NCBI GenBank assembly: GCA_000004695.1
Contig: CM000151.3
Location: 6,080,001-6,144,000 of the forward strand
Length of the DNA stretch: 64,000 bases
Source: Dictyostelium discoideum
Taxonomy: Eukaryota
Reading direction: 5' to 3'
The notes beneath the pieces are model-generated. The model searched no databases, was not told the origin of the DNA, and saw nothing but the letters and a program-made list of their open reading frames with translations. Shown piece by piece: positions 47,756-59,717 of this stretch (positions are counted from its first letter, which is position 1; each line of letters begins with the position of its first letter). The translations under genes and the position numbers were made by a program.

Positions 47756-50700
47756 AAGTAGTAGTAATCATAATATAACCAAAAATATCAACATATAACA
47801 ATATAAAAATTTAAAAATTTAAAAATCTAAAAATTTAAAAATGTAATAAAATATAACAATACACCGCTTTTAGGTAAAAAAAAAAAAAAAATAAACTTAA
47901 AGGTGAACTCAACTTAGGCGAAGAAGAGTTAATAAAAAAACTATTCAAATAAGGTTATTCTACCCACATACCTTGGAATTAAATAGTAATTAAACAAAAT
48001 TAATAGATAATTTCATAGTTAATGGTACTCTTAACATTGTCAGAAGACAAAAGGGTATAACAGTATTCGGTAGAATACTAAAAGAAAAATTCACATTATT
48101 ACACGAGTGTTACAGCACTTTCAAGTATGAAGATTTCCCACTGCAAAAATTCATACTTTACACCCCAGGATATCACTATGTCCACTTTTACACATTTACA
48201 AAAAACATAATAAAAAAAATAAACAATCAAATGGTAAAAGAAAACTGGGGATTGGAGCCATTACTAATAGATGAATGCAACATAGTAATGCTACCAGATG
48301 TGATTAGATATTCATGCATACTATAATTTAATAAAGAAGATGATATCTCAATCATTAAAACAAACATTGATGCTATAAAAGGTAGTAAGCATCCAATAAG
48401 AGCCTTCATCTCTGAATATAACAATAAAGAAATAAGAGATGTTAGAAAAAAAAAAAACACAAGTAATAAAAACCAACAACCAACAACTACAAATACAACT
48501 AAATCAATACCATCAACTCCACCAACAACTAATGCATCAACAACCACACCAATAACAACCACACCAATAACAACCACACAAACAACAACCACACCAACAA
48601 CAACCACACATCAATTACCAACAAGCAATACAACAATCTACAACCTAAACAAAACTACTACTACTACTACTACTACTACAAAACCTATCAATAAAATTAC
48701 TACAAGCAATGGTACCAAGTTTCCAATTGCCAGTAGTATTAGAAAATAATGGAACAATTAAAATTATTACTATGGAACTGCAGAGGTAATCAATCAACCA
48801 ACGCTAAGAATAAAACAGAAGAAACGATAAAAAGAATTGGCACTCAATTAGCACTCCTAACTGAAACTAATTTCAATGGATTCAACCACCACAAAACAAT
48901 GTTCAACTTTGAAAGAATAGATCATGGTTCAGGTAAAGGAACTGGCATAGCAATAGAAAATAGAGATACAAGAAAAGGCCACATATCAATAAACTTCAAA
49001 GACGATGATGGTAGAATACTATCAATTAAATACAATTCCTTTAATTCTATCAACATATTATTGATCTATGCTCCAGCGACTATATCTGAAAGAAACACCT
49101 TCATAATCAACTCAAAATCACTGTTTAAAAAATATAATTCAATCAACCATCAAATAATAGCAGGCGACTTCAATAACAACCACGATTGCAACAGCTTCTT
49201 CGGTACTGAATTACGTAAAATAATAGACCAAGACATGCTACTAGATACTGGTATTGAAGAAAACACTCCAACATTTCCAAGATCAATGAAGAGACTAGAT
49301 AGAATCTACTGTCATCCAACACTACTAAACCAAAATTCAAAACTGGTAGTCCACAACACAGTATTTAACAAATCAGATCACTTTCCCATCACAATCACAA
49401 TACAAACCAACAGAGAAACAGCAACAACAACAACAACCAAACTAGAAAGACTCCCTTGGACATTATGTAAAGAAATTCTCAACAACAAACATATACATGA
49501 TGGGTTATCAGAATTAATCAGTAAGAACAAAGATAAGATCAAATCAGTGGAGGAATGGACGAAATTTAAAAATAATGTCATCAGAGATTATTTAAAAAAA
49601 GAACAAAACAAAATAAAGAAAGAAAAGAACAAAAGAAAATACGTAATCCACAAATTACTTGGAAATAGTGATATCATTCCAAAGATGAGAAAAGAACTCA
49701 ATGAAGAAATAAGTAGAATATTAGAAGAAGAAAGAAAGGTAAAAGCATGGGATATCAAATTAAAACTCCACCTGCATCAAGAAACACCAAGCAAATACCT
49801 CACAAGTATCCTTAAATCCAGAGCCAAAGATAAATCAATATTCCAAATAAAAGATAAAGATAATAAGACCATATCAGATAAAGAGAACATAGCAAAAAGA
49901 TTTGTTGAATTCTATCAAGATCAATATGAAGAGAAAGAAGATAACGAAGAAACCCACAAGAAGTTATTAGAAAAATGGGAAGTAGACGTTGATTTAATCA
50001 AGAAACTCGAGATAGACAGACCGATAAGAATACATGAAGTGACCAAAGCAATCAAAACTTCAAGTATCCACAAATCTCCAGGTTTAGACGGTATCAATGC
50101 ACTATTCTACAAGTACCACATCAACTCAATAGCAAGAATATTGACTATAGCTTTCAACGACCTCCTCACAAATAAGAAAGAAATCCCCACAAAATTCAAA
50201 GAAGGAGTAATAACAACAATATTCAAAAAAGGAGATGAACTAAACATTTCAAATAGAAGACCAATCACCCTTCTCAATACAGATTACAAAATTTTAAGCA
50301 AAATTCTCAACAGTAGATTATTAGATATCACCAGTAAAATTATCAACAAATTTCAAAACGGCTTTGTTCCAAACAGGTTCATCCAAGACAATATTCAGAT
50401 CATGAAGGAAGTAATAGAAATAAGTAACAAAAGAAAGAACAATACACTCATTACCTTTTACGATTTTAACAAAGCATTCGATTCAATCAGCCACAAGAGT
50501 ATCACAAGAACATTAGAGCATATTGGTATCCCCCCAAAATTCACAGCGATCCTACTAAACCTACTCAAAGATACTAAAAACAAAATAAAGATCAACGAAT
50601 TTTTAGTCAATGGAATAACAATCAGAAGAGGAACAAAACAAGGAGACCCAATATCACCAACAATCTTTGCTCTAGTTTTAGAACCACTTCTAATATATAT

Positions 50701-51658
50701 CATCAATGATAATACAATCAAAGGCTTCACTTTACCAAATTCCAAATCATTAAAACTCACTGCATTTGCTGACGACATAGCAACATTTACAAACTCCACT
50801 GAAGAACTAATGAAAATTAATACTAAAATCCAAAAGTACTGCTCAGCAACATCATCATCGTTAAACAAAGAGAAAACAGTAATGATAGCAATAGGAGATA
50901 AACCACACGATCTACCATTCCAAGAGAGTACAGTCCCAGAAAGATATCTTGGCCTCAATTTCACCAAAACAGGTTTAAATTCAAAATACAACACTTTAAT
51001 CCAAGAAATGAAAAACAATCTAATCAAATGGAAATCACAAGCAATAACGATGAAGGCAAAGATGACAATTCTCAAAACATACGTTCTATCCAAATTAACA
51101 TACCATCAATACATGGATAATCTAAATGAAGAACAAATTGAGGAAATCAATAACATGACCAGATGGTTCTTATTCTCCTCAGTTAAGAATACATATACAG
51201 AAGAGAGAAAATACAAAACTATGATGAAAATAGACAGAGCATATGCAGATTGGAAAGAAGGAGGCATAAAATTATGGGATATAGAACTAAGACATATAGC
51301 ATTCAAAATCTGGTACATGAACAGGCTACTCCATAACAACTACAACAACAACAACAATACCTTACAAGAATGGTACATGGAGCAATTAAGTAGAAAAAAA
51401 GCCCCCACTTCAACCCTCAACGATATGTACAGACACTGGGGTGTATTCAGAGTCAAATTTTACCAAAACCATCCAAAGATAAATGAACATAGAAACAGAA
51501 TTACTAAATCTCATCGAAACTGAAAAATTCATCACACTAAAGAAAATCAAACACGACGAAGCAATACTAAAAAACACCAATCAAGATCTTCACAAATACA
51601 AATTCAACAAAGCCTGGCAAACCCCAGCAGCTCCGAACCCTCTTCCAATTTAAGTAGT

Positions 51659-51709
<51 letters not shown>

Positions 51710-51825
51710 GTTTAAAAAATTTAATACAATTGAATAATAAAAATAAAACCGTTTAACAAACACCGCCGAAAAGACACAAGGACATTCCTTGAAGGTCTGA
51801 TCACAGGTAAAAAAAAAAAAAAAAA
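47353..51825 (+). mobile_element. non-LTR (LINE-like) retrotransposon inserted ~50 bp downstream of tRNA-Val, TRE3-type (tRNA-gene-targeted retroelement). Flanked by the 14-bp target-site duplication GAGTGTGTTCGAGT (47339..47352 and 51826..51839). Ends in an oligo(A) tail. ORF1 region 47760..48745 is degenerate.
   Basis: The TSD is read directly. Intact ORF2 with APE endonuclease + RT. The 5' region 47400..47720 is similar to the element's own 3' end (B-module-like duplication). Position downstream of a tRNA gene. Confidence 0.75.
48749..51523 (+). CDS. retrotransposon ORF2: apurinic-type endonuclease + reverse transcriptase (924 aa). The C-terminal Cys-rich region has been lost by internal deletion relative to the fragment copy at 52440..53160.
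   Basis: LLWNCRGN... EEP endonuclease N-terminus. RT motifs NRRPITLLNTDYKILSKIL, FVPNRFIQDNI, ITFYDFNKAFDSISH, FADD. Confidence 0.8.
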   Translation: MEQLKLLLWNCRGNQSTNAKNKTEETIKRIGTQLALLTETNFNGFNHHKTMFNFERIDHGSGKGTGIAIENRDTRKGHISINFKDDDGRILSIKYNSFNSINILLIYAPATISERNTFIINSKSLFKKYNSINHQIIAGDFNNNHDCNSFFGTELRKIIDQDMLLDTGIEENTPTFPRSMKRLDRIYCHPTLLNQNSKLVVHNTVFNKSDHFPITITIQTNRETATTTTTKLERLPWTLCKEILNNKHIHDGLSELISKNKDKIKSVEEWTKFKNNVIRDYLKKEQNKIKKEKNKRKYVIHKLLGNSDIIPKMRKELNEEISRILEEERKVKAWDIKLKLHLHQETPSKYLTSILKSRAKDKSIFQIKDKDNKTISDKENIAKRFVEFYQDQYEEKEDNEETHKKLLEKWEVDVDLIKKLEIDRPIRIHEVTKAIKTSSIHKSPGLDGINALFYKYHINSIARILTIAFNDLLTNKKEIPTKFKEGVITTIFKKGDELNISNRRPITLLNTDYKILSKILNSRLLDITSKIINKFQNGFVPNRFIQDNIQIMKEVIEISNKRKNNTLITFYDFNKAFDSISHKSITRTLEHIGIPPKFTAILLNLLKDTKNKIKINEFLVNGITIRRGTKQGDPISPTIFALVLEPLLIYIINDNTIKGFTLPNSKSLKLTAFADDIATFTNSTEELMKINTKIQKYCSATSSSLNKEKTVMIAIGDKPHDLPFQESTVPERYLGLNFTKTGLNSKYNTLIQEMKNNLIKWKSQAITMKAKMTILKTYVLSKLTYHQYMDNLNEEQIEEINNMTRWFLFSSVKNTYTEERKYKTMMKIDRAYADWKEGGIKLWDIELRHIAFKIWYMNRLLHNNYNNNNNTLQEWYMEQLSRKKAPTSTLNDMYRHWGVFRVKFYQNHPKINEHRNRITKSHRN

Positions 51826-51847
51826 GAGTGTGTTCGAGTTTATTTGT

Positions 51848-51886
<39 letters not shown>

Positions 51887-52327
51887 AGTAGTTGGTGTAA
51901 AAAGCCTTAAATAAGGCTAAAAATTTTAGAATTGTAATGATTCACCATATTAAAACTAATATGGATTTATGTATTGACATAATTAATATGGAAATCATAA
52001 GAACCATAATATAATTCAGTTACTAGTCATAACCAACTTAAAAGGTTTGCCGTTAACAATAAATAATATTAAATAATAACTGACTTTAGAAGGCTAATCC
52101 TGTTACTCAAAATATTAATATAAATACTCTAAAAATATTAAATAAAAATCATTGTCTTTTCTTTACTATCTTAAATATACAAATAAACTATTAATCTCTT
52201 ATTTGTTTATCTTATCATTGTAATTATATATTAATTTTAATAAACCATTTTTTTTTTTTTTTTTTTTTTTTGAATTGGATTTTAATAAACCACTTCAGCT
52301 GATTTAAATTAGTATCCATAGAAATCG

Positions 52328-52399
52328 TCCTTGTTGGTCTAGTGGTGAGGATTTTCGCCTGTCACGCGAAAGGCCCGGGTTCAATTCCCGGACAGGGAG
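52328..52399 (+). tRNA. tRNA-Asp (anticodon GUC)
   Basis: TCCTTGTTGGTCTAGTGGTGAGGATTTTCGCCTGTCACGCGAAAGGCCCGGGTTCAATTCCCGGACAGGGAG is near-identical to the eukaryotic tRNA-Asp-GTC consensus. Followed by TTTTTT. Confidence 0.9.
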
Positions 52400-52439
52400 C
52401 TTTTTTGGAAGATTTCAAAATTCCTTGTTAAATTTTATA

Positions 52440-52998
52440 TTAACCAATTCCGCAGCATTTCTCACCAAAAAGGTAGAAACACCCTCTTCAGATTCTTCTC
52501 AAGATCACTTCCAGGTATCAACCACGAAAGAGACACCAGATGCAAGATCTGTGGCCACCTATTCAGAGACCCTTATTCTCACCTCTTCACTCTATGCCAA
52601 GATATCCTAGATATTGAAAAAACCATCATATCAACAGTTAACAAATTATCATTCATCAAAATCCACAGATGGTCAATGGATACCTTAGACATATCAAAAT
52701 ACAACAGAACTGAGAGAATCTTCCCCAATCTCATAGGAATAATAGCACACCAATTATGGAAGATAATCTGTCACAAATTGTTCAACACTGATGAAAGCAA
52801 ACCAGAGCCAAAATTCGAACAAAAGGTCATAGAAACAGAATTACTAAATCTCATCGAAACTGAAAAATTCATCACACTAAAGAAAATCAAACACGACGAA
52901 GCAATACTAAAAAATACAAATCAAGATCTTCACAAATACAAATTCAACAAAGCCTGGCAAACCCCAGCAGCTCCGAACCCTCTTCCAATTTAAGTAGT

Positions 52999-53047
<49 letters not shown>

Positions 53048-53160
53048 GTTTAAAAAATTTAATACAATTGAATAATAAAAATAAAACCGTTTAACAAACA
53101 CCGCCGAAAAGACACAAGGACATTCCTTGAAGGTCTGATCACAGGTAAAAAAAAAAAAAA
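52440..53160 (+). mobile_element. 5'-truncated copy of the same retroelement family as 47353..51825 (ORF2 C-terminal Zn-finger-like CKICGHLFRDPYSHLFTLCQD + 3' UTR + oligoA), located ~40 bp downstream of tRNA-Asp
   Basis: 52800..53160 is essentially identical to 51481..51825. It also carries a segment deleted from the full-length copy. Confidence 0.7.
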
Positions 53161-53964
53161 ATTAACCAATTCCGATTAATCATCTACACAACAAAGTTTG
53201 CCCCATTTGCAACAATGAAATGAATAATGATCCCTACGGTCATTTGTTTTTCAATTGTCAGCACACAATCAACTTCATTAACCACGACAAATTAAAATAT
53301 TTTATATATAAAAATTGCAATGGAAACAAAAACTGGTCACTAACAAAAAACCAAACAACAAAATTATACACACTCATCTATAAACCACAAACAAACAACA
53401 AAGCATTTAAACCAGATCCAACTATCAATATTAATTTTCATTTTGCAGAAAACGCACAATATAAAAAATACAGGTTCAACTGGAATTATATAAACACAAA
53501 TCTTGATCTAGTCAGAACACATGCATATTGGAACATAATCTCATTAGTTATTCACCAAATATGGATATGGTTATGCAAATCATTATTTGACATCAATATA
53601 ACTCAATCAATTGTTAATTGGAACAACCAAATTAACAACACAACACTAGATTATGATATATTAAAATCAAAATGGCACAAGCTAATAAGATTGGAATATT
53701 CAAGAACTTTATCAAACTTTAACCAATACTCAATTAAAAACAACCTCACAAAAACTCAAAAAGAAACCCAATGGTCCGAAACCATCAAAAAATTTAAAAA
53801 AGAATGGAGCATAAACACTAATGAACCAATTCCAACAATTACACCACCAATTAATTATTAATTACCTAATCTAAAATAACATACCATTTTAAATTCACAA
53901 AAACTAAAAAACCTAAAATAAATAAATAAAAATAACATACTAATTGTATACTACAATAGTTTAT

Positions 53965-53990
<26 letters not shown>
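53161..53990 (+). mobile_element. 3' fragment of a second retroelement family (ORF2 C-terminus ...CPICNNEMNNDPYGHLFFNCQHT... + 3' UTR + oligoA), abutting the preceding fragment
   Basis: Near-identical to 57763..58575 of the downstream full-length copy, but without that copy's premature TAG. Confidence 0.7.
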
Positions 53991-53996
<6 letters not shown>

Positions 53997-56900
53997 GAAA
54001 TAAACGAGAATTTATACATATAAAAAATAAATCACTGTTATATCTTCAGTATGTTGCGTTTAAAAGTTACATTATAACATATCATCTAATTGATCACACA
54101 CACAACATTGTTGATCAAAAGATCGAACAACCATCTGGTATCACAAGATATATCAAAGCTGCAACACGTAGTGTCACTAAACACAAAATTCAACATGCAA
54201 AAAATGCAGATATGGCAACAACTATAAAAAATGCTATCACAAACCCAAACATGAACAAAAACAATCAACCACCAAAAAACAACATTAACACCCCACCAAT
54301 CAACGAAATTGCAAATTCCAATCGCAATAATAACCCACTTCAAAATAGTGGTTCAAAAGCTACACTAAATGAATCACTTGATATTACCAATCAATCCCAA
54401 AACAATAATGAAATATCACACAAAAGTTATTCTCCAAATAATAATAACGGGAAAAACTCATTATCAATGAGCAATCCAACCGATCCAACAATTGTACCAC
54501 AAAAACCTCTACAATCTCAACCAAACAAACCAAGTGCATCAACCCCAAATACAATAAATACAAGAAGAAGCAGCAATGCCCTGACTACACAACCAGTCAA
54601 TACTGGTGCTACCAAACCTAGTAAGGTATGAGCTCAAAAATCAACTTTATAACATGGAATTGTAAAGGATTCACTGAAAACCCAAACAATCAACACAATT
54701 CCTACCAAAAAGCTGTTGACACACTACAACTACTTATATCAAAACTTCCACCTCGTCCAACAATCTCAATACTCACTGAACTCAATTCATCACCATTACA
54801 ACTTAAACATGATTTTCCCGATCACATCATCTCTGTCACCAAACGAGGAAATGGTGTAATCATCATTAACCATAACCCAAACTCACTCAAACTCAAACAC
54901 ATATCAACAATTGATGGTAGAGCTATTTTAGCAGACGTTATATTTCCAAATCAATTACCAATTGGTATTCTTGGAATTTACGCACCAGTATCAAATAATA
55001 CCATCAAAAAGAATTCATATGCAACTTCACTACAAACACTTCTCCACAACCACTCAACAAACCCAATACCAAACCAATCCCAACATGTATCTATTATCTC
55101 AGGAGATTTCAACTGTATCCACAACGACAATTCACTATTAGATGATATTATCCAATCCTACACATACCAACACCATCTAATTGATCAAGGTGAATTTAAA
55201 AACACTCCAACTCATACACATGGTAACAGATTAGATAGAATATATACTCAATACAATAGAATAGACCCTGAAAATATATATACTCAAGTCCACCAAATTC
55301 CATCTTCATTATCAGATCATAATCCAATATCAACAACAATTTCTTCACCTTTTCAAATAAATAAACATAAGAAAAGATGGATATTATCACCTGGTACTAT
55401 AAATGACCATGAAGCAATCAATATTATCAATCATTTAATAACTAATCACAATAACACATCAATCAATCAATTTACAAACTGGTCAAAAGTAAAATCAAAA
55501 ATTATTAAAACTCTAAAAAACTATCAATATAACAAAGACAAACAAACCCAACGTGCAAAACAAATACTATTAGAAAAAGCAGCAAAATTCAAACATCTTG
55601 AAGAACAATGCATCGCCGAATACAATATTATATGTAACAAAAACAAATTACATCAAAACCACACAAACATATTAAAAAAACATATAAATGGAGAAATACC
55701 TAGCAAGTATCTATCAGCAATACTAAACAAAAGATCAAAAGATGCAAAAATTGAATCAATCCAATATGGTAACATCATTACATCCGACCCCGACCAAATT
55801 GAAAATGCATTTGTTGAATTCTACACAAATCTATATAGCTTACAAATATGTTGTCCAATTACTCACCAGCTCATGCTAAACACATGGTCCATCATAAAAA
55901 ATGAATATTGGAATGGTTTAGACTCACCATTTATACAAGATGAAGTTGAAGCTGCAATTAAAACCTGTTACCCCAACAAATCACCCGGTCCAGATGGCGT
56001 TACAAATGCATTCTACATTAATCATTTAAACCAAGTTAAACCAATTCTCACTGCATTATTCAACGATATACTAGAAAATCCTCACCACATCACAACAGAA
56101 TTCACCGAAGGTCTTATACACACAATATACAAGAAAGGCAACCCCTTACTCATATCAAATCGTCGTCCCATTACACTTCTAAACACTGATTACAAGATCC
56201 TCTCAAAAGTAATCAATGCACGTCTTCTGAGAATACTTCCTTTCATCATCAATAACAACCAAACTGGTTTCGTACCCCACAGATTCATCATAGACAACAT
56301 CATCAACATCAATGAATTAATCAACTACCTCAAATCTAAAAACCTCCCTGGTATCATCACACTATTTGACTTCTTTAAAGCATTTGATTCTATCTCTCAC
56401 GATAGTATTAAAAGAACATTAATTCATATGGTATACCAATAAAATTAATAAATTTAATCCACAAGCTATTATCTGACTTACAAGCAAAAATTTCAATTAA
56501 TGGTAAAACAACCAGAAAATTCGATATTAAAATAGGTGTAAAACAAGGTGACCCAATCTCAGCCACTTTATTTGTAATTGTAATTGAAATATTAGCAAGA
56601 ACAATAAATGCAGACAATTCAATAATTGGTTTACCAATTTCACCCAATCCACAAATTAAAATCAAATTTACCCAATTTGCAGACGACTCTACAACATACA
56701 ACATCAACTACGAACAACAACAACAATCAATCAAACATTTCGATAATTTCTGCGCTTCAACATCATCATCATTAAATTTTGACAAAAGTGCAATAATAGA
56801 AATCAACCCCCACAAAATCACTGATAAACACATAATAAACAATATTCCACAATCAAAAAGAATACCAATAACCAAAAAAGATCAATCAGAAAGAGTCCTT

Positions 56901-58579
56901 GGCTATTTCTTTAATCATAATGGTTTACATAGGAAATTACCAGAAACAATGAAAACATTGAATAAATCATTAGTACTATGGAAAACTAGTGGCACAACAT
57001 TAAAAACAAAAACAACCATCATAAACACCTACTCACTATCACCAATAACATATTTATCATACCTTGAAGAATTTACAAAAGATGAAGAAATTCAAATTAA
57101 TAAATTAATCTCATGGTTTATGAATTCTCCCGCAAATTCTGAATCACCAACTCTCAATACCAATTCCATTGAAAATAACACATCAACCATCCATTCACGT
57201 GCAAAAATACCTTTGATGTGTTATGATAGATCATTAAAACCATTAAAAGAAGGTGGTTGGGGTATGTGGAATATACAATTACGACAAGTTGCTCAAAAGA
57301 TTTGGATATACAACAGATTTTTACAAATGCATAAATCTGCAAATAATTCAATATACATGATAAGTTGGATGGATCAAATCATCAACAAATCAATCTCTTC
57401 TCCATACCTTATAAAAATCAAAAAAGAATGGGAAAACTATGCAACTCAAATTGGACATCTAAAAGATAAAGTTCAAATCCTACAACCAATATTAATAAAA
57501 AATCAAACCTCTCAAACATTAAACACAAATAATATTCCACTACCACCAACACTCAAAGAAATCTACTCGACAATACTCAACAATCACCAATGTAAATCAA
57601 AAGACTATATTGGCAAGAAATATTCAGATCTACTTCTTACTTCGCACCAACCATCAATACAACTATTATGGAAATACACATACGACCAACTATTTGTCAA
57701 AATTCAAAAATTAAAAGATCCAAAAGGCCGTGATACAATGCAAAGATTCCATGCTAGATGTCTTCCGATTAATCATCTACACAACAAAGTTTGCCCCATT
57801 TGCAACAATGAAATGAATAATGATCCCTATGGTCATTTGTTTTTCAATTGTTAGCACACAATCAACTTCATAAACCACGACAAATTAAAATATTTTATAT
57901 ATAAAAATTGCAATGGAAACAAAAACTGGTCACTAACAAAAAACCAAACAACAAAATTATACACACTCATTTATAAACCACAAACAAACAACAAAGCATT
58001 TAAACCAGATCCAACTATCAATATTAATTTTCATTTTGCAGAAAACGCACAATATAAAAAATACAGGTTCAACTGGAATTATATAAACACAAATCTTGAT
58101 CTAGTCAGAACACATGCATATTGGAACATAATCTCATTAGTTATTCACCAAATATGGATATGGTTATGCAAATCATTATTTGACATCAATATAACTCAAT
58201 CAATTGACAATTGGAACAACCAAATAAACAACACAACACTAGATTATGATATATTAAAATCAAAATGGCACAAGCTAATAAGATTGGAATATTCAAGAAC
58301 ATTATCAAACTTTAACCAATACTCAATTAAAAACAACCTCACAAAAACTCAAAAAGAAACCCAATGGTCCGAAACCATCAAAAAATTTAAAAAAGAATGG
58401 AGCATAAACACAAATGAACCAATTCCAACAATTACACCACCAATTAATTATTAATTACCTAATCTAAAATAACATACCATTTTAAATTCACAAAAACTAA
58501 AAAACCTAAAATAAATAAATAAAAATAACATACTAATTGTATACTACAATAGTTTATTTATATCAAAAAAAAAAAAAAA
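53991..58579 (+). mobile_element. full-length but inactivated copy of the second retroelement family (ORF1 54212..54631; ORF2 from 54628, disrupted by a frameshift near 56435 and a CAG>TAG nonsense at ~57850; oligoA at 58565..58579)
   Basis: The ORF1 stop and ORF2 start overlap (ATGA). EN + RT motifs (NRRPITLLNTDYKILSKVINARLL, FVPHRFIIDNI, ITLFDFFKAFDSISH). The RT continues in another frame after 56442. Confidence 0.7.
54628..56442 (+). pseudogene. ORF2 (endonuclease-RT) of the second element, truncated by a frameshift. The remaining RT/C-terminal segments lie at 56443..57854 in another frame.
   Basis: Compare HMVYQ* at 56442 with the continuation YGIPIKLINL...GVKQGDPISATLF... in another frame. 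Confidence 0.65.
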
Positions 58580-59432
58580 GGGATCATTTGTAAAAAATTT
58601 GTTAAATTACAAATAAGAATAATTGGAATAATTAAAAAAAAAAAAAAAAAAAAAAAAAAGGGATTTGATTTAATATTCTTAAAAAAGAAAAAAAAAAAGT
58701 ATAAATTAAAATTTATTTTTAATTTTTTTTTTTTTCATTACACCATTAAATCTTGTTTATTTGTGAATATAAAAAATTATTTTAATTAATCCTTTCACCA
58801 GTAGTACTCTTATTTTTATTTATTTATTATTTTTATTATTATTTCTCAATCAAATAATTTATAAAAAAAAAAAAAAAAAACCTAAATATTTAATTAAGAA
58901 TTCTTTTTATTTATTATTTTTATTATTATTTCTCTATCAAATAATTTTAAAAAAAATACTCTTTAAATTAATAATTATGATTAAAAAAAGAATTTTTTTT
59001 CCCGCACCCCTTTACCATTTTCTTATTTTAGATATTTCCAGATTTGGAAATTTTCTTTTTGGTTATTGGATTTTACTTAAAATAGAAAATTATTTTTTTT
59101 ATTTCCAAATAATTCAAAAAAATTGAAAAATGATCGAGTATAAATAAGAGTTTTTTGAAAAAAAAAAAAAAATAATCATTTATACAAATGTAAAAAAAAA
59201 ATAATAAAGAGAATAAAAATCTAACTCTAACAATTTAAAAGGTTTAGATAATAGTTGATTGACAGTTAAAAATATAAAAAAAGGTAAAGCCATAAAAAAT
59301 GAAAAATAAATAAATAACAATTTAAATCTAACTTTTATATTATATTTTATAGTAATTTTAGACAATAAAAATGGTTAAAATTCAATTATAATCTAGATAA
59401 TATAATATATGAATCACTACCAATCGAATGAT

Positions 59433-59566
59433 AGAGAAAGGAAAGATTTATCTATGCACTATATCATAAAGAAAGGTTGATCATCATCTAAAAATTATTT
59501 CTAAACAAATAAAATGAATCAATTCAAATCAAATGTCAGAGAAAGGAAAGATTTATCTATGCACTA
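59433..59566. repeat. 29-bp perfect direct repeat AGAGAAAGGAAAGATTTATCTATGCACTA (59433..59461 and 59538..59566) in the 3' flank of the acyltransferase gene
   Basis: Direct reading. Confidence 0.8.
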
Positions 59567-59717
59567 AGGCATTTTGAAAAGAAGATGATATAAATAAAAA
59601 ATTAGAAATCAAAAAAAACTAAAAATAAATTAAAACCAATAATAAAATTAAAAAGGTTTAATATATTTTAAAATTAAATTTTTTTTAATAATTTAAATTA
59701 TAAGATAAGCTACTTTT

